64,000 nt of DNA from Vicugna vicugna (taxonomy: Eukaryota): the NCBI GenBank assembly GCA_013265495.1, contig MU058582.1, positions 62,001-126,000 of the forward strand. The letters are read 5' to 3'. How positions within the stretch are numbered: position 1 is the first letter of the stretch; each line of letters opens with the position of its first letter. A model generated the notes under the pieces. That model searched no databases. It was not told the DNA's origin and saw only the letters and a list, made by a program, of their open reading frames with translations. Shown piece by piece: positions 12,000-23,504 of this stretch. Position numbers and translations under genes: made by a program.

Positions 12000-12903
12000 G
12001 AACAAATGTAGAATCTTCCTTTTTACTCCTCACTTTACAAAATGACGATCTGGTCACTGCCGGCCTCTGGGGATGACGACTGCTTAGGACCAGGGTCAAC
12101 CAGGGTTACCTGACAGGGGGACTCTGCCACAGTTATGCTTCACTGATGAGGACAGTGGCCCACCTTTGCCCACTGGAAAGGCTTCGGGTGGCTCCTGGGT
12201 TGCACTGACACTCTGGGAGGCCTCAGTGGCACCCTGACTTTTGGGTGACAACATACTCTAGACCTCCTCGTGCCTTCCCTGCCCCGGGCTGGGAACTGGC
12301 CACTGTTCCCAGTCACTTCGGGTGGGAGGTGGGATTTAGGGCCACGTTCCGGGTGCTGTTCACACCTCCGTTTGAATGCAGCAGAGTGCAGTAATCCCAC
12401 CACCACACCCTCCCCAGCGGGGTCCCTCCCCAAGAGACCAGATCAGGGCAGCAGGGATGCTCCCAAGGTCACCCTGGAGGCCAGGCTGGTATTTCCTACA
12501 GGACCTGCCCAGACATCACTCAGGATATATGCCCAGTGAAGTTGGGGTGAGACCCTGGAGTCCAGTTGGGGTCAGTGGGAAGATTCCAATGGCTACTGTC
12601 CAACAGGGCAACCTGCCTGTCCCCAGTGGGGACACCCCAGCCCCATGGTCTCACCACGGATCAAGTTCTGTCACCTCATATACAAAAGACCTTCTGCTCC
12701 TTTATGGAATTTCACTCCTAAGTGACACAAATGCCTTCAGTAAATTCATTCCCAGTTCTGGCCAAGTTCATGGGAAAATGGGATCCAAGACACCAACCTC
12801 CCTCGGGAGCCCGGCTTTCCCGGGAGCCTGGGACTGAGCCCGAGGGGTCACATGTCCTGTTACCTGCTGGGGTGGAGGGTGGGTGGGTGACGTCCCAGGG
12901 AGG

Positions 12904-12931
12904 GGTTTTTGTTCAAGCCTGTGTCACTGTG
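12904..12931 (+). promoter_or_regulatory. 12-RSS of J3 (perfect consensus)
   Basis: GGTTTTTGT, 12 bp, CACTGTG; identical to the J2 RSS. Confidence 0.97.
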
Positions 12932-12969
12932 TGCTGTGTTCGGCGGAGGGACCCATCTGACCGTCCTGG
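12932..12969 (+). CDS. IGLJ: Lambda J segment 3 (AVFGGGTHLTVL, identical to J2)
   Basis: FGXG motif, GTGAGT donor at 12970. Confidence 0.97.
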
Positions 12970-14035
12970 GTGAGTCTCCTCTTCCCCCCACCCCCGATTT
13001 CCCTGCTCTCCCCAAACTTTGGGCAATTTCCTGCTGTTCTGCTCTTTTCTGGGCCTTGTGTCGGCCTCGGGTCAGGCTTTCAAGCAGGAGCCCAGCCCCT
13101 GGGGCCCGACCTCTTCCCCAGCCTGTCAGACCCTCCTGCTCACCTCTGCGCTCACAGCAGCCCTTCCCCTCTGACCCAAGGATCACCTGCTGCCTCTGTC
13201 TGTCTGCCAGGGCCAGGCTGGCCCCTAGACTCGCTCCGCTCAGTCCTGCCCCATCTGGGCTCCTGGTGGACCCGCTTTGTCTCTGGGGGTACTCGGGGCC
13301 TCCTTCTCAAGGGGGACCATGTGGAGACATGAGAAGGGCCCAGATCCCTCAGGGCCGAGGCTGGAGAACAAGTCACAGTTTCAGGAACGGCCACAGGGCT
13401 GTGGGTCTAGGGATCCAGGGTCAGGAACGTGCCGGTGTGCAGGGCTCCACCAAGCCTCCTTAAGGCTACCCTGCAGATCCTGGGCCAGCCAGTGACCCCG
13501 GAAAACTGCAGGAGGGAGGCGAGAGATGGGGGAGGAGATGGAAGGACAGGGCCCGGGGTAGAGGGACTCCTGGTCCTGCAGGACACATGCCTCAGAAGGA
13601 CGAATCCCTGACAGACAAACGGGAGGTACCAGGGCAGGAAACCTCCAACTGAACTCCAGAGCCAGAGGGGAACCCATGCTCCAGTCTGCAGACGGGAGTA
13701 CCCTAGTCAACAGAGATCGAACCCTAGCACAGAGGCTCCAGCGAGGACAGATTTGGGACAGACAGACCCCTTAGGGCAAGGCCAGAGCACATAGGTCAGA
13801 AGTGTTCCCAGACTGACTGCACAGGAGGTCAGAGAGTTCGTGTCATCCACTGTGGGGACAAAAAGCCAGCCAGTCCCACAGAGAACCCATCAAATGTCAG
13901 AGAGAGACAGGACAGGAGGGTGAGGGTCAGATGTCTGTGTGGGAGACCAGGGCCCAGACGGGGTCTCAGGACAGCGATGGCAGGTGTTCAGGCTCAGGGT
14001 TTCCTAAGGAAATGGGGAGAGGATGGAGGAGAGGA

Positions 14036-14409
14036 NNNNNNNNNNNNNNNNNNNNNNNNNNNNNNNNNNNNNNNNNNNNNNNNNNNNNNNNNNNNNNNNN
14101 NNNNNNNNNNNNNNNNNNNNNNNNNNNNNNNNNNNNNNNNNNNNNNNNNNNNNNNNNNNNNNNNNNNNNNNNNNNNNNNNNNNNNNNNNNNNNNNNNNNN
14201 NNNNNNNNNNNNNNNNNNNNNNNNNNNNNNNNNNNNNNNNNNNNNNNNNNNNNNNNNNNNNNNNNNNNNNNNNNNNNNNNNNNNNNNNNNNNNNNNNNNN
14301 NNNNNNNNNNNNNNNNNNNNNNNNNNNNNNNNNNNNNNNNNNNNNNNNNNNNNNNNNNNNNNNNNNNNNNNNNNNNNNNNNNNNNNNNNNNNNNNNNNNN
14401 NNNNNNNNN
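14036..14409. other. Assembly gap (374 N) covering the end of the J3-C3 intron and most of C3
   Basis: N run; both flanks match the J2-C2 unit at nearly the same spacing. Confidence 0.99.
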
Positions 14410-14485
14410 AAGTCGCACATACAGCTGTCAGGTCACGCACGAGGCGGGCACCGTGGAGAAGACGGTGTCCCCCTCCCAGTGTTAG
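14410..14485 (+). CDS. IGLC: Ig lambda constant exon 3, 3' fragment only (functional status unknown)
   Basis: [27 protein letters not shown] 14654-14659; 5 nt missing relative to paralogs next to the gap edge. Confidence 0.9.
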
Positions 14486-14491
14486 GCCCCC

Positions 14492-14584
14492 GGGCCCCCA
14501 CCCTCACGTGTCTGGAGACAAAGGACCCCCACCCTCGGGGGTCTGGAGACACAGGGCCCCCACCCTCGGGGGCCTGGAGACACA
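14492..14584 (+). repeat. 3 x 31-bp tandem repeat in the C3 3' UTR
   Basis: Units 14492-14522, 14523-14553, 14554-14584 (gg[ga]cccccaccctc...ctggagaca.a); single copy in the C4 UTR. Confidence 0.9.
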
Positions 14585-16645
14585 GGACCCCCGGGAGAGT
14601 CTCCCCTCCCACCCGGGGCCGCCCAGCCCTTCCTCCTGCACCAATCAGCTCTCAATAAAATGTCCTCATTTCATTCAGAAATCAGTCTCTCAGCTCATTT
14701 CTATTTGTACATTTTCTGTCCTCAACTCCATCATCCTCAAAGGGTGCAGAATCCTTTGCCCTTGTGGCACAGATACAGCAGAAGGAGCCTCCATGCTTCC
14801 TTGGGAGGGAGTTTTACTCTGACCTACAGCTGCCCAGAGAATATTCCATTCAGGGTCTGGGGCCGTGGGACCCTGGAGAGCCCCGCCCTGCAGCCCCCAT
14901 CCTCACCATCCTGGTGTGGCCCAACCGCCACCAGCCCCGGGACCCTCCTCTGCAGCCTCCGTCTCCGGGAGGATGTCTGAGTCCCCTTCCCTGCGTCCTG
15001 GTCTTCACATTCACACACCTCCTCTGGCTTTCTATCCCTTCGGGAAGTTCCCCGTGGACACAGTCTAGAGTACCCCCCTGCCTTAGGGGCCTCCCCTGCT
15101 CCTGCCTCTCCAGGGCCCCTGTCCAGAGCCCCTCCACCACCCTCCCAGTCATACACACCACAGGACCCTCAGTCCCTCGACCCCAGCCACTCACCCCACA
15201 CTCCCCCTAGGGCCCCTCCTCACACATGTCATGAGTCTCCACTGTATTCCCGGCGCCTGGGCCACAGGCCAGCTCTGCTCCCTGCAACCTCAAAAAGCCA
15301 GCCCACCGCTGCCCCCACCACAAGTGCGGGAAGTCCAATTGTCAGGCCACCTGCCCGGGGTCAGAGGCTTTCTCATCAGCGGTGAGATTCTCGGCATGTG
15401 CATGGGTTCTCTGGAGGCTGACTCCTCTTTTAGGAGCTCAGTGTGGGGTCTGAGCTGTAATACACACAAGCACACACATGCACTAAGGAATACAAACACA
15501 CACTCCCACACGCAATCCACAGACACACACCCACCCATACACACGTCCGAGAGGCCGTCTCTGCAGGCCCGGCAGTGCAGGCCCAGGTGGGACAGAAGCA
15601 AAGAAAAGCCTGGGTGGTGGACCCATGGGCTGACCAGTGATGTGTTGAAGGGCAGGGATGCTTAGGTCCAGGATGAATGTCAGACACCATCCCTGTGGGC
15701 ACTGGTGGAAGAAAGTCTATGGGAGCAGGGAGCTCTGGGGACGGTGACAGGAGAGCTAAGTGAGCATGACACTGTCAGGGACACAGGGTACTGGATGGGC
15801 GTGTCCGTTGCAGGAACTCTGCAGGTGACAAGGACCAGGATGCACGCAGAGACCCTGGGTGTCACACCCTGGTCACGGCAGGCAGGCCAGGGCAGGGGTG
15901 CGGTGGGTTCCCAGGTAGCAGGGTCATCTGCGCTAGGGGTGCACACGTGCAAGGGACACAGATAAGCCAGGAATGCAGGGGACAGCAGGGACTCCGACAT
16001 TGGTGCTCATAGAGGAGACTGTGCCGGGAGCGGGGACCACCTAACCATCTTCCAAGGCCCCTCTGGGCCACTCCAATTCTCACTCAACAGGGGCAAATGG
16101 GCAGGGAGGGGTTGTCCCCACACAGCTCGAGACTACACAGTGACTATTTACTGCACAGGCCGTTCCAGCCAGGGGAAGGGCCTTCTGGAGGGGCCTGGGT
16201 CCCTACAGGTGACGATGCCTTTCCTCCGACCCCCACGTTCCCACTAACCCTGCTGCAGGACCTCAGGTATTGAAGATACAGTGCCAACCAGGACCCTCCA
16301 CAAGAGTCCCACTTCCACAAAGCAGTCCCAGCTCTGTCATCGCAGCGGGGTACACAGCTTAACACATCCCTTCCAAACTGGTATCCTCTGTGAGCGAGCC
16401 AGGACACACAGTGCTTCCTGACAAAGGACTTGGCTGCGAATTCGGACTACGCACTCAGACATTTATCCAACTTCATGCCATTTCAAGGACGGATAAAGAC
16501 CTAAAAACATAGGGGCTGACATTCCAAATCGGCATGGCCCCTCCCCTACCACCCCCAATATACAGACCAGCACCCGTAACAGGGGGTGGCATCGGCTTAC
16601 GAGCAGCTGCAGGTGGGCCTGGGAGGGGCTGAGAGGCTGATAGGG

Positions 16646-16673
16646 GGTTTATGAACGAGGCTGTATCACTGTG
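16646..16673 (+). promoter_or_regulatory. 12-RSS of J4
   Basis: GGTTTATGA, 12 bp, CACTGTG. Confidence 0.93.
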
Positions 16674-16711
16674 TCCTGTGTTCGGCGGAGGGACCAAGCT
16701 GACCGTCCTCG
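16674..16711 (+). CDS. IGLJ: Lambda J segment 4 (PVFGGGTKLTVL)
   Basis: FGXG motif, GTGAGT donor at 16712. Confidence 0.96.
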
Positions 16712-18030
16712 GTGAGTCTCCCCTTTCCTTCCTCCTCGGGGTCCAAAGGGAAATTTGGGTGGATTTTTCTCTCTCTCCGCTCTGACTGGGGCTGAGGTCT
16801 GAACATTTCTGGGGTCTGCAAAGCTCCCCCCTCGTGTCAGGACCCTCGCCACCTCCGGTATGTCCCAGCGTTTCAGACACCTGCTGGAGCTATCAAACAC
16901 CCATAGCCCAGTACACTACCCACCCCAAGGCCTCGAGCGCCATAAGGGCTTCCTCCAAGGAAACCTTCTCCTCAAACTCTGGGATCTCACATCCCTCCTC
17001 GGGGTCTCGCAGCCCCAGGGTTGGAGGAGAATGAGGGAATGAGGCCAGGGCAGTGGGGCGCTCAGGCTGAGGTACCACTTCCAGGCATGTGGGAAGGATG
17101 CTGCAGAGAGCTGGACTGGTCATGGGAGTCTTCCTGGGGTCTGTCCGCTCTGGGTTCCATGTGGGGGCTAGTGAGGGACCCCATGACCTGGGGACTTGGA
17201 GACAAGGAGGAGAGAGCAGAACAGGGGAAGGAGGGAGGCAGTTTCCCTTTGAGAAGCTGGTCCCGGGGAGCGGGGTCCCCCTCCTTCTCCCCCCAGGCAG
17301 GACACCCCAGGCTGCACAGGTCTCAGGACACTCAGGCCTTAGGGGTCACCCCCACCCACTCACACAGTGGAGGGGAGACCCTAGAGCAGGTGCCTGGGTT
17401 GGGGACTGCTCACAGGCACAGGTGACACAAACAACCCAGCCAGGCAGGCAGATGCCCTGGGACAGACAGATCCCCAGGATAACTTCACAGGACAGGGAGT
17501 CCCCTCACAACAGACACAGCCCCGGGCTCCAGACAGAAAAGTCATCCACATGGAAACCTCCCTGCGTGGGACACCCCTGCTCCCTGGCAGCCCCGCAGGG
17601 TTCCCTGCCGGGAGCGGGGCAGGGGCTACGACACGGCCGTCAGGGGGACTCTGGGCAGGGAACCCCTCCCCTGAAAAGGAAGAGGGCCCGAAAGGGACAC
17701 AGACAGGCATCCTGACCGCAGACGTCGGGTAGGAACAGGGGTGGATTTCAGACAGTCAGTAGCCCAGGACAGACAGACGCCAAGGGTGGACACCAGGTAG
17801 CACCGGGGAGCAGAGGGTGGGACGTGGGTTCTGAGGACGTGTGACCCGAGGAAGAGATGGAGACTTAAGAGGGGCCCCGAACGCCCAGGAGTCGGGCTCT
17901 GACGTCCCCCCGACAGAAGGTGAGTGACTCGCCGCCCTGGGACCCACGTCCTGGACTTTGGGCTCCTGGGCCCACATCTCCCGGCGTCAGGGGTTCCGAG
18001 ATGGATGCTTAGCCAATGACCACTTTGCAG

Positions 18031-18347
18031 GTCAGCCCAAGGCCGCACCCTCGGTCACTCTGTTCCCGCCGTCCTCTGAGGAGCTCACCGCCAACAAGGC
18101 CACCCTGGTGTGTCTGATCAGTGACTTCTACCCGGGCAGCGTGACGGTGGCCTGGAAGCAAGATGGCACCACCGTCACGCAGGGCGTGGAGACCACCAAG
18201 CCCTCGAAGCAGAGCAACAACAAGTACGCGGCCAGCAGCTACCTGACCCTGTCGCCCAGCACGTGGAAGTCGCACAGCAGCTACAGCTGTCAGGTCACGC
18301 ACGAGGCGGGCACCGTGGAGAAGACGGTGTCCCCCTCCCAGTGTTAG
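18031..18347 (+). CDS. IGLC: Ig lambda constant exon 4
   Basis: ctttgcag acceptor; same sequence as C2; AATAAA 18454-18459. Confidence 0.98.
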
Positions 18348-19604
18348 GCCCCCGGGCCCCCACCCTCGGGGGCCTGGAGACACAGGACCCCCGGGAGAGT
18401 CTCCCCTCCCACCCGGGGCCGCCCAGCCCTTCCTCCTGCACCAATCAGCTCTCAATAAAATGTCCCCGTTTCATTCAGAAATCATGCTCTCGGCTCATTT
18501 CTGTTTGTGCACTTTCTGTCCTCAACTCCATCATCCTCAAAGGCGTGCAGAATCCTCTGGCCTGAGGAAGGAGGAGAGATGCGGTCCTAACGCACTCTTG
18601 AGGGATGGTTTCACTGTCACACGGAACCCCCAGAGAACACTGCAGAGCAAGCGCGGGGCTCACGGCAGGACTGGAAGTCTGCCCACCCTCCCCAGCCCCT
18701 GCCGGGTTCCTACTCTTTATGGCTCACGTCCACCTCTCACTGTCCCTCTTCATGGCTCCTTGATTCCCGTGGTCCCCAGAATGGTGTATGAGCCCCCTCG
18801 CCTGGACACTTCAGCAATCCCACTCGGGAAGGTGACCCCCCTCAGGACTCCCTCTCTCCATTCCATGATAACCCACCAATTCCAGGTGTCCTTCGGCTCA
18901 AAACCCACCCTGCAGTGTCACCGTGCTCACAGCCCGGAGTCCCTCCCTCTTGAGGGGCCAGTCCTTCTCCCGCCCCTCTGGGGACACTGCCCTGTTTGCC
19001 CTCCCCAGACACTCTCCGTCACACTCACCGCCGGACCCTCAGTACCCTGACCCCGGTCACTCATCCCACACTTGCCCCTGGACGGCCCTACTCCCACAGG
19101 TGTCACGAGGGTCCCAACAACATTCAAGGACCCTGAGACAAAGCCGGCTCTGCTCTCTCTGACCCCTCAGAGGACGGCCGACCGCTGACCCCACCACAAA
19201 TGCCCAGGTCCAAGTGTCCATGGGGTTTCGTGGGGCCATGAGTTCAAGGTCAAGAATGAGTCTAGGATTGCGCCCTGGACTTGACTGTGTACTGACTCAT
19301 CTTCTAAAGATCCGCAACCAGATCTGAGAATCGGTGTGATTGTGGCTGTAGGAGGGACACAGGACAGGGATCGAAGCTCTCAGACAGACAGACAGACACG
19401 CACACAGGAGATACTGCGACCGAGGCCGTGTCGGCCGTGCCTCTTGGACGTGCGCCGCAGCAGGAGCCCTCCCCGGGCCTCGCTCTGCAGAGGGCACGGC
19501 TCCATCACCCCCGGGCCGTGAACACGCCTCCTCACTCTCCCTCCACGAAGGACCCCGGGCCAGCTGAGCCAGGCTCACACCTCCTCCAGGAACGGGAGTT
19601 CCCT

Positions 19605-19632
19605 GGGATGGGATGGGATGGGATGGGATGGG
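19605..19632. repeat. (GGGAT)n microsatellite
   Basis: About 5 units seen directly. Confidence 0.9.
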
Positions 19633-19836
19633 ACCCTCAGACGTTCCCTCGTGCCCCTCCCACAAGCGAGGATGGATGGAGCCTCACTTCCCAGGGGGGA
19701 AGCTGCAGGCGGGGAGGGGGTCAGGGTTCTCCCCCCACTCTCTGAGGGGTCAGACCTACCCCCCTGACGGGGGGATGGCCTTGGGCCCTCCGTGCAGCTG
19801 CAGGTGGGCCTGGGAGGCGGGGAGAGGATGGCAAGG

Positions 19837-19901
19837 GGTTTATGTTCGAGGCTATGTCACTGTGCTACATGCTGGTGGAGGATCCCGGCCGACTGTCCTC
19901 G
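19837..19901 (+). pseudogene. IGLJ: Non-canonical lambda J5 with 12-RSS (LHAGGGSRPTVL)
   Basis: GGTTTATGT 19837-19845, 12 bp, CACTGTG 19858-19864; 37-bp J lacking the Phe of FGXG; GTGAGT donor. Confidence 0.9.
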
Positions 19902-20325
19902 GTGAGTCTCCCAGCTTTCCAGCTTCTTTGGGTTCAGGAGTGATAATGGTGGTGATTTTTCTGTTTTATTTCTGTCCTGCCTTTTGCTCAGTTCTGATAC
20001 ACTCTGGGGCCTGTAACCTCACCCTGTTATGCTGTTAACTCTTTTCAGACAATTGTTGGGGACAGGATGGGCTTATCTCAGTGACACTCTGCCTCCCATC
20101 ACTGTGACCCCTGTCTGGTGTCTCCAGTAAACCTTCTTCTCTGGAGTCTGGCCAGAAGGATTCTTCATGTTTACCAGAGGGATAGTTGTACTCTCACCCA
20201 GAATAGTCCAGGAAATATTCCAGAACGGGAGATTAAGCCTGCATGACAGCCCCCTGACGGGGGGGTGACCTTGGGCCCTCCCTGCAGCTGCAGGTGTGCC
20301 TGTCAGGTGGGGAGAGGGTGACAAG

Positions 20326-20390
20326 GGTTTATGTGCGAGGCTGTGTCACTGTGCTACCTGCTGGTGGAGGATCCTGGCTGACTGTCCTCG
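20326..20390 (+). pseudogene. IGLJ: Non-canonical lambda J6 with 12-RSS (LPAGGGSWLTVL)
   Basis: GGTTTATGT 20326-20334, 12 bp, CACTGTG 20347-20353; 37-bp J lacking Phe; GTGAGT donor. Confidence 0.9.
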
Positions 20391-20979
20391 GTGAGTCTCC
20401 CAGCTTTCCAGCTTCTTTGTGTTCAGGAGTGATAATGGTCTGGATTTTTCTGTTTTATTTCTGTCCTGCCTTTTGCTCAGTTCTGACACACTCTGGGGCC
20501 TGTAACCTCACCGTTTTAGGCTGTTCACTCTTTTCAGACAATTGTTGGGGACAGGATGGGCTGATCTCAGTGACACTCTGCCTCCCATCACTGTGACTCC
20601 TGTCTGGTGTCTCCAGTGGACCTTCTCCTCTGGAGTCTGGCCAGAAGGATTCTTCATGTTTCCCAGAGGGATAGTTGTACTCTCACCCATAATAGTCCAG
20701 GAAATATTCCAGAACGGGAGATTAAGCCTGCATGACCCAGGAGAGCCCACCTCCACACATTTCCTCCACTTGAGATTCTCATGTGGACCACATTCACATC
20801 CAACCCACAGTCCCCTCCCCTGGGTCCCCTGGACTCCGAGGTAATGTCTGAGCTCCTTTTCTGGATTGGGGGTCTTCCTAGTATGAGGTTGTGAGACAAG
20901 AAACCCCCTCCCCAAGAGAGAGCAGAGCCTGAAACCAATACAGATGGATGTTGTGTGTGATGATCCCGGGGAGAGGGGT

Positions 20980-21300
20980 CCGGTGCGGGTCTTCAGTCAG
21001 ACAGGTGCCCCAAGAAGGATGTGAGGTCACAGCTGATGCCGGCAGCAGCGGGGATTGCGGGAGGCTGGGGGGACAGGTTATGAGGACGTGTGACTCTGAG
21101 GAGATAGAGGACACAGACGAGGCGGGGGGCTCCCAAGATGAGGGCATTGAGAGTCTCCCAACAGGATCTGGGAGGTGTCTCCCCATGCCCCACCCTGGTC
21201 CACTCACCCCTTCTCCCTGCACCCAATCATCTCACAATAAAATATCCTTTGGTCAATCAGAAATCATGCTCTCTGCTCATATTTTTTTTGGCTTGTATTT
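20980..21300 (+). pseudogene. IGLC: Remnant of a fifth C unit: intron homolog joined to a C-lambda 3' UTR, coding exon absent
   Basis: tgaggacgtgtgac (about 21081) matches the J4-C4 intron at about 17832. About 21200-21285 matches the C4 UTR (ctgcacc.aatca...caataaaat...tcagaaatcatgctctc); AATAAA 21236-21241. Confidence 0.8.
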
Positions 21301-22756
21301 AATTTGCAACTTTTCCGGGATTCTGGGGGCAGAGTGTGGGGACTCCTAGGCACCCAGTGGGAAGGTAACCCAAGGGGAGAGGCTCAAGGTCTCACTGAGG
21401 TGGGGGGAAGAGGGGAGGGGTGAGCATCTCCCAGGAAACTCTCCAGGACACATCCGCCCTCCCCTCCCTCCCACTCCTCCTCCAGCACTAGGCCCTGCCC
21501 ACCCCTGTCACCTTCCCGGCTGGAGCTGCCCATGGTTCGTGACCTCCAGATAGGCCCTCCCTGCCAGCCCTGGTCAGGACCCTCCACATCCTTCCTCAGT
21601 CTGGAGACCCTGCTCTGGCCTGGACCCCTGATGCCCCCCTCCCTTCCTGCCCAGGTCAGCTCCTGCCCACCCTCACCCCCTCCCTGTCAATCCCAAGGGC
21701 TGGACTACCCAGCGGCCCAGAACACTCCAGCAGCGTCCACTTCACAGGCTCTTAAATCCGGGGCCATCTCGATTCCTTACCCCACAGCAGGTTCAGAGAT
21801 GCAAGAAGACTGCGGGGAAGGCAGGAAGGAAAGTGAGCTGTACAAAAATCCTTCCCGGAGTCAAGTGCACTTGACAGAGAGAAGCCCTGAGCTCCCCAGG
21901 AACCACTGCAAGGAGGGAACAGGTGCCTCAGAGTTTCTATGAGATCCAACAAAGCCTTTGCTGGAGGGAAACTGGTGTCTTAATGCTAAGGCCAGGCATC
22001 TTGTACCACAATTAAAAGTGGGGACGTGTTTCACCAGAGGCCTCAGTGTTGACGGGAACTGGGCTCTGACACACACACAGGTGATCGCCTGGCAGCCTCA
22101 GGGCAGGGCGATGACCATGAGCTGGTACCCTACATGGGGAGCCCTCCATGTTCCTGTCAGGTACCACCAGGTCACCATCTCTGGGGACGGGGGTTACATA
22201 GTTAACAGTCCCTTGATTTGCCCGGATAGGAGGTTGGTGCAGCCACGCAAGCTCCTGCCCCTGGACCCTGGACTCTTGGTACAAAGCCCCACCACCATGC
22301 ACACACCACACACCCAAGGACATTCCCACCTCTGCCTGAGGCCCCTTTGGTGTCCTCGGGCTCCCAGGCTGCCCCCGGTTACCGCCCAGCTCTGCCACTT
22401 GAGAGAAAAGAGGCAAAGGACTTTCTCTCAGATCTGCAGCCCAGAAAGCCCCCTTCCGGGGCTTATCTCCTGGGCACAGTCTCCCTTCCATCATGACGTC
22501 AGTGGGAAAACCAGGCCCTGTGGAGGCACTTTGTGCTGCTCTGAGGCCCCTGGGGCCTGGGGTTTCCAGCTGCTCTGAACATGAGGGATGTGATGAGACA
22601 CCCGGCCCAGCCCCACCGAGCCCTTCATGCCGGGGCTCAGGTCAGCGGCTTCCCCACTGCACTTGAGAATGAGGGGGGTGGGGTGGGCGGTGACAGTGGG
22701 TCGGGCGCCGGTCCCCACGGGCAGGGGCGTCCTGGGTGACTCCCTCCCTCACCTCC

Positions 22757-23200
22757 TGTGTTAGCGGCTGTAACAAACCACCCAAACTCAGATGCACAAA
22801 ACAACACACATTTATTCTTACAGGTCCAGGAGTCAGAGGTCCGAAATGAGTCCTACAGGCTGAAACTGAGATGTCCCAGGGATGAGCTCCTCCGGAGTTC
22901 TGGGGAGAATCCATCCTGACATTTTCCAGCCTCTGGAAGCACCTGTTCCTTGGCTTGGGGCCCCTCCCTCCAGCTTCAAAGTCTCTCTTTCCCCTCTGAC
23001 CCCTGCTCCCAGCCCTGAACCCTGTCCCCTCACTCTGACCCTCCTGCCTTCCTCTTTCCCTTATAAAGACCCTGCATGGGGCCACCCTGATCATCTCTGC
23101 ATCCCAAGGCCCTTAACTCCATCACATCTGCAAAATCCCATGTACCATGTACAGGGCATACTCACAGGTTCTGGGAATTAGGACACAGACATCCTTGGAC
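22757..23200 (-). mobile_element. MLT1-type (ERVL-MaLR) solo LTR
   Basis: gctgtaacaaaccacccaaact...atttattcttacag...catcacatctgcaaa...cacaggttctgggaattaggaca. Confidence 0.8.
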
Positions 23201-23504
23201 CTTACTCACCTGACCACGGCTCCAGTTCCCAGATCCCCGGGGACTCGGGAAATTTCTCCCAAGTTCCTCCCCTCTGTGTTCTGCCAGTCCCCAGGCTGGG
23301 CCACTCCTGGGGACCCTCTCAGCCCAGGCTCCTCCTCCTTTCTCCCTGGCCTCCAATGGCCCTGGTCCTCCTGCGCTCACCGTGGGAGGAATTTGATTAG
23401 AGCATCAGGTCTGGGACATTACTTCCCTCTAGCCCCCAGCTAAATGCTCTCCAGGCCTTACCTGTCAGTCATCAAACCACCCTTGGGGGAAGACTAGATT
23501 AAGA

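Larger units (their letters stand above)
19760..20736 (+). repeat. Tandem duplication, 2 x about 489 bp, each copy carrying RSS + J-like segment + 5' intron
   Basis: Copies at about 19760-20247 and 20250-20736, both starting cccctgacggggg and ending gattaagcctgcatgac. Confidence 0.95.

Noticed and set aside
14492..14584. CRISPR-like array
   Set aside because: Head-to-tail repeats without spacers, in a mammalian 3' UTR
13920..14822. Long ORFs of 138-300 aa
   Set aside because: Artefacts of translating through the N gap
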